Shown: positions 49,367 to 60,452 of the stretch, one piece after another
How the letters are laid out: each line of letters begins with the position of its first letter
Position numbering within the stretch: the stretch's first letter is position 1
IMG/VR virus record: IMGVR_UViG_3300022723_000207
Span: 1-64,000 of that record
DNA length: 64,000 nt
Source of the DNA: a virus
Strand: one strand, 5' to 3'
Notes under the pieces: generated by a model
Told to the model about the DNA's origin: nothing
What the model saw: only the letters and a program-made list of their open reading frames with translations
Databases searched by the model: none
Made by a program: the position numbers and the translations under genes

Positions 49367-49818
49367 TGGCTACTTGGTATGGACCTAGTTTTCCTTTTTA
49401 TCGTGGTAACACACTTTTAGGTGCTACTTCGCAGGTTTTACCTAGGCAAGAAGACAGCAGATTAATTAGAAACGACTTTATTCAAGGCATTTTGACGAAT
49501 AAAGGCGAAAGGGTATTTCGTCCTTCATTTGGCGGTGATGTTTTTAATTTCTTGTTTGAACAAAACGATGCGCAATCTAGAACAGCTCTAGAGAGTTCTA
49601 TCAGACAACAGACATCAACTTATCATCCTAGAATTATAATTAATAATATTGATATAGATCAGCCAAATGATAGCCCAAATGCTGTGGTGGTTAAAATATT
49701 TGGAAGAACCAGCTTAGATGCCACCAATGTGGATGATTTGTTAGTGAGATTTATGGTTCCGATATCTGGGTCTGTTGGACAGAATGCTACAAATAATCCT
49801 TTGGGGTCTAATTCATGA
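49366..49818 (+). CDS. gp25/gpW-like baseplate protein
   Basis: ILTNKGERVFRPSFGGDVFNFLFEQ...YHPRI. Confidence 0.88.
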   Translation: MATWYGPSFPFYRGNTLLGATSQVLPRQEDSRLIRNDFIQGILTNKGERVFRPSFGGDVFNFLFEQNDAQSRTALESSIRQQTSTYHPRIIINNIDIDQPNDSPNAVVVKIFGRTSLDATNVDDLLVRFMVPISGSVGQNATNNPLGSNS

Positions 49819-51503
49819 ATGACTTTAATACAATAATTGATCTACCGATTAGCCCAGAAGAGATTGGCGTTAGTTTGCCGCCGTCGCAGTTGCGTCGTAT
49901 CGATTTTTCAGCCTTAGATTTTGAAGCTCTTAGGAGAATGGGAGTTGAATATGTAAGAACATATTTCCCAGAAGACTTCAATGATTTTACAATTAGTAAT
50001 GGGTTTGTATTATTTCTAGAAATAGTTTCGGCTGTTGGTAATGTTATATCGGAACGGTCAGATATAATTGCTGATGAGTCATTCCTTCCTACAGCACAAT
50101 CTAGGACAGCAGTTGCCAATCATTTAGAACTGATTGGCCAAATGCTTCGTAGGGCATCTGCTGCTACGGTTGAGATAGAATGTAGCCTAGCAGTTCCTGC
50201 CGCTTTCGATGTCACAATTCCAGCGGGCCTTATTTTTACGGTTTCTGGCCCAGATGGCTCACCAGTGGCCTATGAGTTATATGGTGCACCTGGTGACTTT
50301 GAGACTGATTTAGTGATTCCAAGAGGTAAGCGTGGCGTAATCGGATTCGCTATTGAAGGAAGGTTTGCATCTCCAATCACTCAGATTAGCAATGGTGAGC
50401 CTAATCAGTTTGTTGATATTGTTGGTTCCAATATTTTAGAATCTCCGATCACTGTAGAAGTCGCCAGTGGGTCTACTGCCACTTTGTGGTCGAGGGTCGA
50501 TTTTATTGAGCAATCTGATGCTAATGATGATGTGTTTGAAGTCAGATTTTTGGAAGATAGAGCAAGAGTAATATTTGGCGACGACCAGAATGGTAAGATA
50601 CCAATTTCTGGGCAAGTCATTACGGTAAATCATAGGACTGGTGGTGGTATTCGCGGGCGTATTGGCTCTGGCATCATTAATGAAACCAGACCAATTGGAC
50701 AAACAGGATTTGCTACTCAGACCGTTCTTTTCAGGAATGTGGAACCTTCTATTGGCGGTCAAGACCAAGAATCTTTAAGTAGCGCTAAGAAGAGGGCTCC
50801 GAGAACGTTTGCGATTCATAATAATGTTGCCACATCAGAAGATTATATCTCAATATCTGAGACGTTTGCGCATCCAGCTTTTGGCGCTATCCAGAAGGCT
50901 TCAGCAGCCATTAGGACTGGTATTGATAATGACGTAGATGACGTAGTTAAAGCTGTTCGTTCTGCCCCTACGTTGGAGGCTGCAAAAACGTATTTGTTAG
51001 GAAATTATGTTAATAGAAATATCGTAGAGTTATACGTTTTGCAAGAGGACGAGAATGTACCAATCGCTCCGAATAAGGGGCTAAAGGAAGCTTTAAAGAC
51101 TAGGATTGAAGACATCAATGTGTTTACAGACGAGGTGCGTGTATTAGACGGCAGCATTAGGCCAATTAATATTAGTGCTACTGTTACTGTCTCACGAAAT
51201 GTCGATGCCACATTAGTTAAGGAACAAGTAGACCTTGCTATAGCTGGTGTGTTTAATATTAATGAAATAGAGATGGGCGAGAGCTTTAATAGGAGTGATT
51301 TGATTAGAGCTATTTCTAATGTTGCTGGTGTTGCCGCTGTTGATTTGTTTGAACCAGCTGATGATTTCCCATCTCTAGGTACTATTGTTGACTCTAGTAT
51401 TCCTGTCGAAGATAGGCCGCAAGGTATAGGCATTAATGAATTGTTTGTGCTGGGGTCACAGAACCTTCAATATTTCTTAGAACGTGGAAATTTGAATACG
51501 TAA
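49815..51503 (+). CDS. Baseplate wedge protein (gp6/J-like)
   Basis: IDFSALDF, ESFLPTA, FGDDQNGKIP, GGQDQESL, VATSEDY. Confidence 0.85.
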   Translation: MNDFNTIIDLPISPEEIGVSLPPSQLRRIDFSALDFEALRRMGVEYVRTYFPEDFNDFTISNGFVLFLEIVSAVGNVISERSDIIADESFLPTAQSRTAVANHLELIGQMLRRASAATVEIECSLAVPAAFDVTIPAGLIFTVSGPDGSPVAYELYGAPGDFETDLVIPRGKRGVIGFAIEGRFASPITQISNGEPNQFVDIVGSNILESPITVEVASGSTATLWSRVDFIEQSDANDDVFEVRFLEDRARVIFGDDQNGKIPISGQVITVNHRTGGGIRGRIGSGIINETRPIGQTGFATQTVLFRNVEPSIGGQDQESLSSAKKRAPRTFAIHNNVATSEDYISISETFAHPAFGAIQKASAAIRTGIDNDVDDVVKAVRSAPTLEAAKTYLLGNYVNRNIVELYVLQEDENVPIAPNKGLKEALKTRIEDINVFTDEVRVLDGSIRPINISATVTVSRNVDATLVKEQVDLAIAGVFNINEIEMGESFNRSDLIRAISNVAGVAAVDLFEPADDFPSLGTIVDSSIPVEDRPQGIGINELFVLGSQNLQYFLERGNLNT

Positions 51504-51513
51504 AATATAGAGT

Positions 51514-52263
51514 ATGATTTGTGGACCTAACGGCCCAGGCGGGCAAGGGTGTGGTGCGGTTCTTCAGTTGGATACTAATCCAACTAAATTAGAGGTTTTA
51601 GCGCATTTTGGTCATCCCAATGTGCGTGTTGAAATAACTGAAGAACAGTTTCAGACTATTTTTAGAAGTGCTGGTGATTTTATTGCTGGATACTTTCCAT
51701 TTGAAGAACAAATTGCCACTTTTTACACCAAGCCCCTTGTAAACGAATATGATCTTCCTCCTAATGCGTATTGGATAAAGCAAGTTAAATGGGATCCAGC
51801 AGTAACTCGAATAGGCGATATATTTGGCGCTGAATCGTTTTTATTTAATATAGGTAATATAACCGGTTTGCAAGGATTGTTGTTAGATTATCATTTATTG
51901 CAAGCATACCGCAAGTTTAGTCAAAGAATACTAGGCACTGAAGGTAGGTGGGAAGTAAAAGGAAATAACAAGATAAGGTTACTGCCAATACCCCGTGGAA
52001 CATTTCCTGTGTTTGTAGAGTATTTTCCATGTGTCAATGAATTTAGAACACCTTGGGCTAAAGAGTTACTTAGAAGATACGTAATTGCGGAAGCTTCTAT
52101 GGTTATTGGTCACACTAGAGCTAGGCGTGCTTTGCCAACCCCCGATGGTGGGACTACTACATTTAATGGTGAAGATTTGTTGTCGTGGGGTCGTGATGAG
52201 AAACGTAAGGTTGAAGAAGAAGCTATTAAGTATGGTGAACCTCCTGGGATTTACCCATATTAG
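51514..52263 (+). CDS. Neck/head-tail adaptor (gp13-like)
   Basis: FGHPNVRVEITEEQ...W..RYVIA...P.GG.TFNG..L. Confidence 0.75.
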   Translation: MICGPNGPGGQGCGAVLQLDTNPTKLEVLAHFGHPNVRVEITEEQFQTIFRSAGDFIAGYFPFEEQIATFYTKPLVNEYDLPPNAYWIKQVKWDPAVTRIGDIFGAESFLFNIGNITGLQGLLLDYHLLQAYRKFSQRILGTEGRWEVKGNNKIRLLPIPRGTFPVFVEYFPCVNEFRTPWAKELLRRYVIAEASMVIGHTRARRALPTPDGGTTTFNGEDLLSWGRDEKRKVEEEAIKYGEPPGIYPY

Positions 52264-52299
52264 AATTTACTGAAATGTTTCCTATATCAAAAATATTTT

Positions 52300-53730
52300 A
52301 TGGAATTTGTACCGATAGCTTTAAAAGATTTGGCAGACAAATACCAAAATGGTAGTTCGCTGAGATCTTTAGCGAAAGAATTTGGAACATCTAAATTAAC
52401 TATAAAAAGGAAATTGCAAAAAGCGGGAATTCCTGTTTTGAGTTCTAAAGAATTTATACAAAACAATAAAGAAAAACATAGACGGCAGTCATCTAATAGA
52501 TATAATTACGATCAAAAAATATTTGATGATTACCATAAAGAAAATAAATCTATAAACCAGATAATTAATTTTTATGATGTATCTGAATCAAAAGTTCGTA
52601 GAATTATTGGCACTACAAGAATAATTGATGGTAATTACATAGCTTCTAGGTTTGCTGATATTTATAATGAAGTAAAGCCGGATTGGATTGATAGTGACAA
52701 TTTGTATAATTTATATTATAATGAAAAATGGTCTATTTCTGATATTGCCAAACATTACGGGTATGATGAAGAATCTATTAGACAAGCATTTATTAAATAT
52801 GGAATTAAAAGAAGGAGCACATCAGAAGCCACTTTTTTATGTAATAAAAATAAGAATTATGAGTCTGGATTAGAAGCAGTTGTTAAAAGAATATTAGATG
52901 ATAACAGCGTAAAATATGATAAAGTGATTTTTGGTGGTTATGAATTTGATTTTTTAATTGATAATAAACTATTATTGGAGATTAATGGTTTGTTTTATCA
53001 TTTAAATTGTGATAAGAAGGTTAAAAGAGATGAAGAAAAATATGAATATTGGCACAATAATCTTAGAGAAAAATATGACTTTAAAATATTATGGGAACAT
53101 TTCGCTGAGTCAGTTGGCTCTCTATATGATTTATTAAATAAGTGGATTGGTTTTAATAATGAATATATTGATAAAATCAATATAAGATTTGATAATATAT
53201 CATATAGCGAAGCTGATAATTTTTGTAAATCGTATCACTATCATAGAAAAACTAGAAAAGGTTGTTATTATGGCGCTTTTTATGATGGTGAAATGATCGG
53301 TGTTGCGGTGTTTTCATCGATAACTCGCAAGCAGTCTGCTGATAGATTAGGTGTTTTGACTACTCAAATCAAAGAACTAACTAGATTTTGTATTAATCCG
53401 CGTTTCAAATCTGATAATCTAGCATCGTTTTTGTTGGCAAAATTCGAAAAATTATTTAAAAAATATTCTAATAATACAACAATATTATTAACGTTTGCAG
53501 ATCAAACGACTGGTCATATAGGAACAGTGTATAAAGCATGTAATTGGATTCCTGATGGTGAAACAAAAGAATCTTATTACTATGAGAAAGGTGGCATGAG
53601 ATGGCACAAGAGAACCATATGGCAACATGCAAAGTCTTTAAAAATGAAAGAGATGGAGTTTGCATCGTTGTTTGGTATAAGTAGAGTTAACACTTTAAAG
53701 AAATATAGATTTATTAAGATGGTTAAGTAA
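52300..53730 (+). mobile_element. Triple HTH + Vsr/DUF559-type endonuclease + Mom-like GNAT fusion
   Basis: Three HTH units; ESGLE...YEFDFLI...LEINGLFYH...ILWE; YHY...IGVAVFS...ELTRFC...TFADQTTGHIGTVYKACNW; AT-rich. Confidence 0.75.
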
Positions 53731-53739
53731 ATTTATTCT

Positions 53740-54321
53740 ATGAAACTGTCAGTTTTAAATGAAGGCGCTTGGGGTTATGGTCCTCTAGATAATGATGCTG
53801 CCTCTGATCGAAAATGGGAAATTGGTAGATCAGCAGTTGAAGGGCTATCAGATGATCTAATGAATAAATCTGATCCCAGAAAAATGTATCATGCTATTGG
53901 CTTGTGGCTTGATTTAGAGGATAGGCTGGAGACTAGACATTCATATTTAACTGATGATATTAAAGCTAAACATTTTGCATTAGCCAGAGAAGCAATCGAA
54001 TGGTTGCTTAATAATACTGGTGAACTCCATTATGATGAACCGTCAAAAGTAGAAAATATTCTCAAGCGGATGCAAGATTATATTGAATCTCAAGAGTTAG
54101 AGTTAGTTGAAAACATAGCACCTGATCACAAGGATATGCTTAAAAGCTTGTTCACTGATAACCCGATAATGTCCATGGCTTTAGAACCTAAAGAGGATAG
54201 TATTGAAGAATTAGAAGATGAAATTGGTGATGAAATAAGTCAGAAGTCATACGGTCAATCATCAAATTATCATCGTTTAAACACATATGGGAATGACGAT
54301 ATTAGGGGCAGCCAAAAATAA
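53740..54321 (+). CDS. DUF4259-like protein with MKLSVLNE leader
   Basis: GAWGYGPLDNDAASD begins directly after the 8-residue leader. Confidence 0.6.
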   Translation: MKLSVLNEGAWGYGPLDNDAASDRKWEIGRSAVEGLSDDLMNKSDPRKMYHAIGLWLDLEDRLETRHSYLTDDIKAKHFALAREAIEWLLNNTGELHYDEPSKVENILKRMQDYIESQELELVENIAPDHKDMLKSLFTDNPIMSMALEPKEDSIEELEDEIGDEISQKSYGQSSNYHRLNTYGNDDIRGSQK

Positions 54322-54324
54322 AAT

Positions 54325-54753
54325 GTGGCCAATCCTATTGTAATTAAGAATCGTTTGTTGGTTATAGGTAATCGAGTACGTGTGCCTGGATTCGAGCCCC
54401 TATCTGAACAGACTACCAATAATTTATCTTTAGCGTTACAAGGTGCTAACACATTCATCGATTTGGATATCGCTTTAGATTTAATACCTGGATCTAGAGT
54501 AGTTGTTACGCATAATGGTGGCCCAACTGCTGGATCATTCGGGTTTGATAAATGGTTTGAGATTCCTAGTGGCCCCCCACCAAACGGGAACCAATGCCCA
54601 AATAATTGCATAAGGGACTCTTATAAGATATTACAAGACTATGCTCGTTCTTCATTATCCTCCTTACAGCAATCGACATTGGTGCAAGAGTGTAATAAAC
54701 TTGGCGAGTTTGGTCAGTGTGATTTTGATGAATTTGATAGGGGGCTTACATGA
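54325..54753 (+). CDS. Hypothetical protein
   Basis: Lies in the structural cluster. Confidence 0.6.
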   Translation: MANPIVIKNRLLVIGNRVRVPGFEPLSEQTTNNLSLALQGANTFIDLDIALDLIPGSRVVVTHNGGPTAGSFGFDKWFEIPSGPPPNGNQCPNNCIRDSYKILQDYARSSLSSLQQSTLVQECNKLGEFGQCDFDEFDRGLT

Positions 54754-55328
54754 GTGAGTTTCCAGAATACAGCAGTTTGGATCAGCAGCAGGATTTTAGA
54801 GATCCTGATGCGTCACAAATATCAATATTCGATCCAAATAATCCAGATATCGCGTTCATGGAGCGCGAAGCTTTTAATTATATTCATGAATCTGGCGCTC
54901 CAACTAAGATCTATCTAAGAACAAATGATTTAGGTAATGTCGATGAAGTATGGGAAGAAGATAATAACCCAATATACGATTTGCCTATCACTATTAAGGG
55001 CCAATTTGTTCCTGAGAAAATGAGTATGGCTCTCAATAAATTCGGTGTTGAAAATAATGCCCAATTTGAGATCCACTATTCGAGAGCAGAGCTATTTCAT
55101 ACCTTTAATACCAGAATGATTCGGTCTGGTGATATCATACAGATACCATATAATACATTAATTCAAACTCAGAATACAGAATTTATCGATGGTCAGTTTG
55201 GATTGGCAGATAAATTTAGGGTAATTAGTGCCACCGATACTGGTAATTTTAATTATCGATGGCTTTATTGGTCATGTACCGTTGAACTACTGACAGGCAA
55301 CTTTACTGTGAGGCCAGAGAATGGCTGA
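54750..55328 (+). CDS. Neck/head-closure protein (gp14-like)
   Basis: VDEVWEED, LNKFGVE, IRSGDIIQIP; position among neck genes. Confidence 0.65.
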   Translation: MSEFPEYSSLDQQQDFRDPDASQISIFDPNNPDIAFMEREAFNYIHESGAPTKIYLRTNDLGNVDEVWEEDNNPIYDLPITIKGQFVPEKMSMALNKFGVENNAQFEIHYSRAELFHTFNTRMIRSGDIIQIPYNTLIQTQNTEFIDGQFGLADKFRVISATDTGNFNYRWLYWSCTVELLTGNFTVRPENG

Positions 55329-55590
55329 ATTGCGTACTAACTGGGATCTAGTTAAGCAGCAGATGTTAAATGAGACTTCTAAAGTCTTGCGTAATTTTGG
55401 TAGACGTGCCGTAAGTGATTTTGAAAATCGATTAAAAAAGAAAGGAGTAGACCCTACTAAAATGACTAAATCATCAGATGGAATTGCTTTTATTACTGAT
55501 GATCAACAAGAATATGAATCTGGTAAGGTTTATTTTAGTGAGGTTTATGAGGAAGTAAGCGACAAGAAGTGGCCGGAATCTATATTATGA
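55321..55590 (+). CDS. Hypothetical protein
   Basis: Overlapping ORF in the neck cluster. Confidence 0.6.
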   Translation: MAELRTNWDLVKQQMLNETSKVLRNFGRRAVSDFENRLKKKGVDPTKMTKSSDGIAFITDDQQEYESGKVYFSEVYEEVSDKKWPESIL

Positions 55591-56528
55591 CAATCCATGA
55601 ATTTGACTTCCCTTCTTTTAATACTGGGCAGGAGGAACAGCAAAGTTTTGTTCCTAAACCTAAGATTGATAATGATTTGCCTGGAGAAAGAGAAACACCA
55701 ATTATAGATGATGTGGGTGATCCAGGTGCTCGTATAAATGATGAACGGAATTTAGAGGATTGTCAACCTTGCAGTTATGTTGATGAAGATAGAATTGATG
55801 TAAATTTTGTTGAGGATGTCAGAGAAACCTATCCGATTGGATTTAAGTTAATGGATAGGGGGATTAAGAACTATTTCTCTGGAATTAGGATACCTGTAGG
55901 TAGCGGTGCTGAACACTATACGATTTTACCAGTTCGTATTACGGCTGCTGACCCAGATACTCTGATTTATTCGGACCAGCACCTCCGTGGCGGCAGGATT
56001 GAATATCCATTTTTGGCGATCACTAGAACAGATGAAAGTTTTGATAATAAGCGTTATAGCCCGCCAATAAGGCCTATTTTTAGGCACATGTTAAAAAGCG
56101 GCAAAAAATCAGAGCTAGTTTATCGTCCAGCTCCTTATCTTATTGACTATACTTTAGACATAGTGGCGGAGCATAAGAGTGAAGCAGAATATGCTCTGTT
56201 TTCAATTATTGCTAAGTTAAATCCGATTGGGTCTTTCTTTTTAGAGGAGAGATCTATGGGTATGGCCCATGAGGTTATATTACATCCTGGAAGCAGTACT
56301 GATAATAGTGATCTAGAGACAGATGCTAATACTAGGCAGTATATTAGGAAAACGATTACTTTGAAGATGGAAGGTTGGTTGCCTACTCCGACTAAAGTTG
56401 TTCCCAATATATTGGCCAAGCCCTTGGCTATTAAAGAAGGTATTGGTCGCACACCTAGTGAAGTCAAAATTCCTGGAGAAACATTTGCTGTAATACGAGA
56501 TTCAGCTATCCCCCCAAGTGAGGATTAA
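55587..56528 (+). CDS. Tail terminator/sheath stabiliser (gp15-like)
   Basis: YPFLAITR, PAPYLIDYTLDI, ITLKMEGWLP; ATG at 55587. Confidence 0.7.
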   Translation: MTIHEFDFPSFNTGQEEQQSFVPKPKIDNDLPGERETPIIDDVGDPGARINDERNLEDCQPCSYVDEDRIDVNFVEDVRETYPIGFKLMDRGIKNYFSGIRIPVGSGAEHYTILPVRITAADPDTLIYSDQHLRGGRIEYPFLAITRTDESFDNKRYSPPIRPIFRHMLKSGKKSELVYRPAPYLIDYTLDIVAEHKSEAEYALFSIIAKLNPIGSFFLEERSMGMAHEVILHPGSSTDNSDLETDANTRQYIRKTITLKMEGWLPTPTKVVPNILAKPLAIKEGIGRTPSEVKIPGETFAVIRDSAIPPSED

Positions 56529-56529
56529 C

Positions 56530-56997
56530 ATGGTTCAACAAAAAGATAGACCCCTTACTGTTCGTGAGCTTCAGGCTCAGAAAAAACAAAAGAGAGAAGC
56601 AGAACAAAATAAAATCAGAATTCGTAACGTCACTAAGCTTCAACCTGTACCACTGCAACTATATGGCAAAGAATCAAAAGCTGCAGTCAATCAAATTACT
56701 ATTCATATTGGTCCTGGAAAATCTGTTGATTTACCTGAATATCGCTTAATTCCTGGTCAAATTATTAATCTTCGTAAGAAGAAATTAATTTCTACTACTA
56801 AGATGGGCGCGTCTGGTAAGACATTTAAAGATACAGACTACAAGCAATTTTTGCCTGCGGCGAAAAAAGCCCAAAAGGTTGATTTAACTAGATCTGGGAA
56901 GGGTGCCAAAGCGAGTTCAACTAAGGTCGAATCTAAAACCAATAAGTCTTCTAAAAAGAAGACTGATAAGATCACTAAGTCAGAACCGGCTGAATAG
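56530..56997 (+). CDS. Lys-rich hypothetical protein
   Basis: GAGG RBS, ATG at 56530. Confidence 0.6.
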   Translation: MVQQKDRPLTVRELQAQKKQKREAEQNKIRIRNVTKLQPVPLQLYGKESKAAVNQITIHIGPGKSVDLPEYRLIPGQIINLRKKKLISTTKMGASGKTFKDTDYKQFLPAAKKAQKVDLTRSGKGAKASSTKVESKTNKSSKKKTDKITKSEPAE

Positions 56998-57037
56998 TGA
57001 CTTCAGCAAAAATATTATAAAGTTTACGGAGTAAGCG

Positions 57038-59905
57038 ATGGCGACGTTTCTAAGTCCTGCAGTTTTTGTGAATGAAATCGACCTGAGCGCCCTCCCAGGC
57101 GGATCAAGCGGTATCATTCCTGCTTTTATTGGCACTGCTAATAAGGGTCCGGTAAATGAGCCTCAGGTCATTACTAATGCGCAACAGTTTGTAGATTCTT
57201 TTGGGAATCCTTTCCCAGAGAGTTTCTTGGGGTATGCTGTAATTGCATATCTTGAGGAAGGAAATGTCGCTTGGGTTAATAGGGTTGGTGTTGAATGTGA
57301 AGATGGCCAAGTAGAAGAATTAGATAGCATTTGCATAGATACTTCTGGAAATCAGGGTAAAGGTTGGGGTCGCATTCCAATCTACCAGAATATCGATTTT
57401 GGTAAAATCTGTAGTCGTGATATTGATGATGGTTTTAGTTTTCATGATCAGTCTATCACTTTTGTCGAGTTCAATGATGCGATTGTTAACGATGTAACTT
57501 TTGGTCCTACTGCTGCTACATTAACATTCACTGGTACTGATTACACTGCTCCTATCGATGATGAATTCTTAGTGATCATCACTACTGCCCCAACTACTGT
57601 TGGTAGCGTTATGGATGGTGCAGGATACTCTGTTATTCGCAGCTCAGATGGTCTTGAGGTTGATTCAGGGGCCATTGTCGAGAGTGGTACACCAGGCACC
57701 AGCGAAGACATTGCGTTGAGTGATGGTATAATCGTTCAAATTGTGGTGTCCGCAGGCACACTGGACGTTAATGATAGCTTCCGGTTTAGTGTGGAGCCTG
57801 ATAATCGTTCATTCTCATTCAATGTGACTGATAATGTGACTCGTTGTGGATTTAGAGATCCTAGTGATGTTGAAACTTTCAGTCTTACTGGCGATTATAC
57901 AGATGTTGAGGTTTTAGTAACTGATATCTTGGCTATCTCTGGGTTCTCGGCTGAGGATTATACTGTAGTAGTGGACGGCGATACTATCTGCTTTAGAACT
58001 GAGAATAATGGTGATGCGATTCAGCTAGTAGGATCTGAAGCTTTTGCATTAGAGATCGGTCAGAGCCTCTACGCCTTTGATATTCCTAGGTCTAATCTAG
58101 TAGGAATTCAGCCTGAACCTTTCGATATTACCTCTGATAATAGCACTGCTAAGTTTGAGGTTGAGTCTAATACTGGCAAGACACAGTTCACCGCGACTAT
58201 TCCAGTAGGGTTCGATATTCCAGCAGCTACAATTGCCTCGGCAATTAATGCTGCTGCGACTGTTTCTGGCGACACATTAGTTTGTTCTTATCCGCTGACG
58301 ATCCCAGGTGGTGATGTTGTTCTAGTGGTTGAAACCACGGTTGATCACCAACTAGATCAGCTCAAATTGTTAGCTAATGGTAGTAATATCTCTTCGGTAA
58401 GATTCGCTGAAGAGGTTGGGTTTATTTTCCCATATACTGAAAACTTTAGAGGTTTCTTCGATTCTCGCACTATTCTTCCTGAGGGCGGCGAGGTGACAGA
58501 AGAGACTCCCCTCTCCTGCGAGGAATTCTTGGATGGTGACTCCAGTCAAGAGGCTCAATGTACGTTAGATGCTGCGTACTATGCCAACATTGTTGGTTGG
58601 TTTGTGGCTACCTCTGCAGGCACTTGGGTTGACAGTTACACGCTTGATCTAGAGAGATTTGAGGGAGATGTCACAGAGCCTGGTAGGTTTACTCTTAAAC
58701 TTTATGATAATCAAGATGTGTTGATCTTCCGTCTGGATGATTTCAGTTTCAATCCGGGTAGTGATGCTTATATTGGAGATCAGATTAATCCTGGCACCAG
58801 TGGTGGTGGCGTTAATGGCAACGAATTCATTAATTGGATTAATCGTCCTGATTTCTTAGGTGGTGACGCCACCAGTGATGATTTTGAGGATCGTGAGCCA
58901 GCTTCCTTCTTCAATCGGGAGTTTGCTGGACAAGCCAATGGCATCCCGGCTGATCCTGCCTTTAGCAGTGAATTAGATCGTGCCATTATTGGTAATCCTG
59001 CGTTGCAGACTGGTCTGTTCAAATTCTCTGATCCAGAACGCTTTGATATTAGCCTATTGGCTGCCCCTGGCTTTAGCAGCGGGGCAGTGATTACAACGGG
59101 CATTTCAATTGCTACTCAGCGTGGTGATGTCCTTTATCTGGTGGATGCTCCATTCGGCTTGAATGCGCAGCAGGTTGTTGACTGGCATAATGGCCTTCTG
59201 TTCAATGACTTACAAGCCGCGCTTAATAGTAGCTATGGCGCTTTGTACTACCCATATGTGAAGATCAGTGATCAGTTTAATGGGGGCAATATCTTCACAC
59301 CTCCATCAGGCCATGTTGCTTCGGTATTCGCACGCACAGAGCGTGAGAATGAGCAATGGTTCGCACCAGCTGGTCTGCGTAGAGGTAAACTAAGTCAGGC
59401 TCTAGATCTTGAGATCGACGTAACTCGTGGTGAAAGAGATCTTCTCTACGGTCTGAATAATGCGGTCAATCCGCTTGTCAATTTCCCTCAGCGTGGCATT
59501 CATGTTTGGGGTCAGAGAACTTTACAGAGGCTGGATAGTGCGCTCGATCGCATCAATGTTCGTATGCTCTTATCCTTCATTAAGAAGGGCTTGGCTGGAC
59601 CTAATGGCCTGCTTAATGATTTCATCTTTGAACAGAACGATGAAATCACTCGTTCATCTGTCACGTCGGTCGTGTCCGGATTTATGGGTGATATTCAGGC
59701 AAGAAGGGGTGTTACTGGTTTCCGCGTGATTTGCGATGAGACTAATAATACTCCAGTGCGTATTGATAGGAATGAGCTTCATGTCGCTCTTCTTATTAAG
59801 CCGACTCGCGTTGCCGAATTTATCGTCTTAAACATTGCTGTGCTTCGCACTGATCAGAGCTTCTCTAGTGAAGAGGTTCTGGCTGCTGCTGGCGTGGTAG
59901 TCTAA
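57038..59905 (+). CDS. Contractile tail sheath protein (gp18-like)
   Basis: FLSPAVFVNEIDLS, FIGTANKGPVNEP, SSYGALYYP, WFAPAGLRRG, WGQRTLQ, RINVR, IKPTRVAEFI. Confidence 0.95.
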   Translation: MATFLSPAVFVNEIDLSALPGGSSGIIPAFIGTANKGPVNEPQVITNAQQFVDSFGNPFPESFLGYAVIAYLEEGNVAWVNRVGVECEDGQVEELDSICIDTSGNQGKGWGRIPIYQNIDFGKICSRDIDDGFSFHDQSITFVEFNDAIVNDVTFGPTAATLTFTGTDYTAPIDDEFLVIITTAPTTVGSVMDGAGYSVIRSSDGLEVDSGAIVESGTPGTSEDIALSDGIIVQIVVSAGTLDVNDSFRFSVEPDNRSFSFNVTDNVTRCGFRDPSDVETFSLTGDYTDVEVLVTDILAISGFSAEDYTVVVDGDTICFRTENNGDAIQLVGSEAFALEIGQSLYAFDIPRSNLVGIQPEPFDITSDNSTAKFEVESNTGKTQFTATIPVGFDIPAATIASAINAAATVSGDTLVCSYPLTIPGGDVVLVVETTVDHQLDQLKLLANGSNISSVRFAEEVGFIFPYTENFRGFFDSRTILPEGGEVTEETPLSCEEFLDGDSSQEAQCTLDAAYYANIVGWFVATSAGTWVDSYTLDLERFEGDVTEPGRFTLKLYDNQDVLIFRLDDFSFNPGSDAYIGDQINPGTSGGGVNGNEFINWINRPDFLGGDATSDDFEDREPASFFNREFAGQANGIPADPAFSSELDRAIIGNPALQTGLFKFSDPERFDISLLAAPGFSSGAVITTGISIATQRGDVLYLVDAPFGLNAQQVVDWHNGLLFNDLQAALNSSYGALYYPYVKISDQFNGGNIFTPPSGHVASVFARTERENEQWFAPAGLRRGKLSQALDLEIDVTRGERDLLYGLNNAVNPLVNFPQRGIHVWGQRTLQRLDSALDRINVRMLLSFIKKGLAGPNGLLNDFIFEQNDEITRSSVTSVVSGFMGDIQARRGVTGFRVICDETNNTPVRIDRNELHVALLIKPTRVAEFIVLNIAVLRTDQSFSSEEVLAAAGVVV

Positions 59906-59915
59906 GGAGAAATAA

Positions 59916-60452
59916 ATGCCAGGATTCGCTATTCCTTATAGTGCTTCTCATGCTGGGCGGGATGCTCCGAATGCTCGTTCAGAGTCGAAAAGAAAGCATC
60001 GGTGGATTTTCACGGTTTTCTGGAATAACGACATCTCGTCACTCCAGAATAGTTCAGTTTATTTGCAGTCTGCTCAAAGGCCGCATGCAGTAACTGAAGA
60101 AGTCGTGATGCATCATGATGAAGAACAGGTGTATTTTGCTGGTAAGTATCATTGGGAGCCTCTTTCGTTGGTATTCTATGATGTTCAGGATCCAGTGAAT
60201 TCATCGCAGGCTATTTGGGATTGGTTTAATGCTGTTGTTGATGTCCCAAATGCCACTGTTGCATTGCCTTCAGATTACAAGAAACAGTGCAAACTTGATA
60301 TGACTGATGGCGCTGGTGGGTCGATCGAGTTATGGGAAATTGATAACTGTTGGCCAATCGATGTGAATTGGAATGATCTCGATTACACCAATACTGAAAT
60401 TCAGACTGTTGACGTTTCGATGAAGTTCGACAGAGCTAACAAGACTTCTTAG
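59916..60452 (+). CDS. Tail tube protein (gp19-like)
   Basis: YFAGKYHWEPLSLVFYD, IWDW, YKK, WEIDNCWP, LDY; follows the sheath gene. Confidence 0.9.
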   Translation: MPGFAIPYSASHAGRDAPNARSESKRKHRWIFTVFWNNDISSLQNSSVYLQSAQRPHAVTEEVVMHHDEEQVYFAGKYHWEPLSLVFYDVQDPVNSSQAIWDWFNAVVDVPNATVALPSDYKKQCKLDMTDGAGGSIELWEIDNCWPIDVNWNDLDYTNTEIQTVDVSMKFDRANKTS

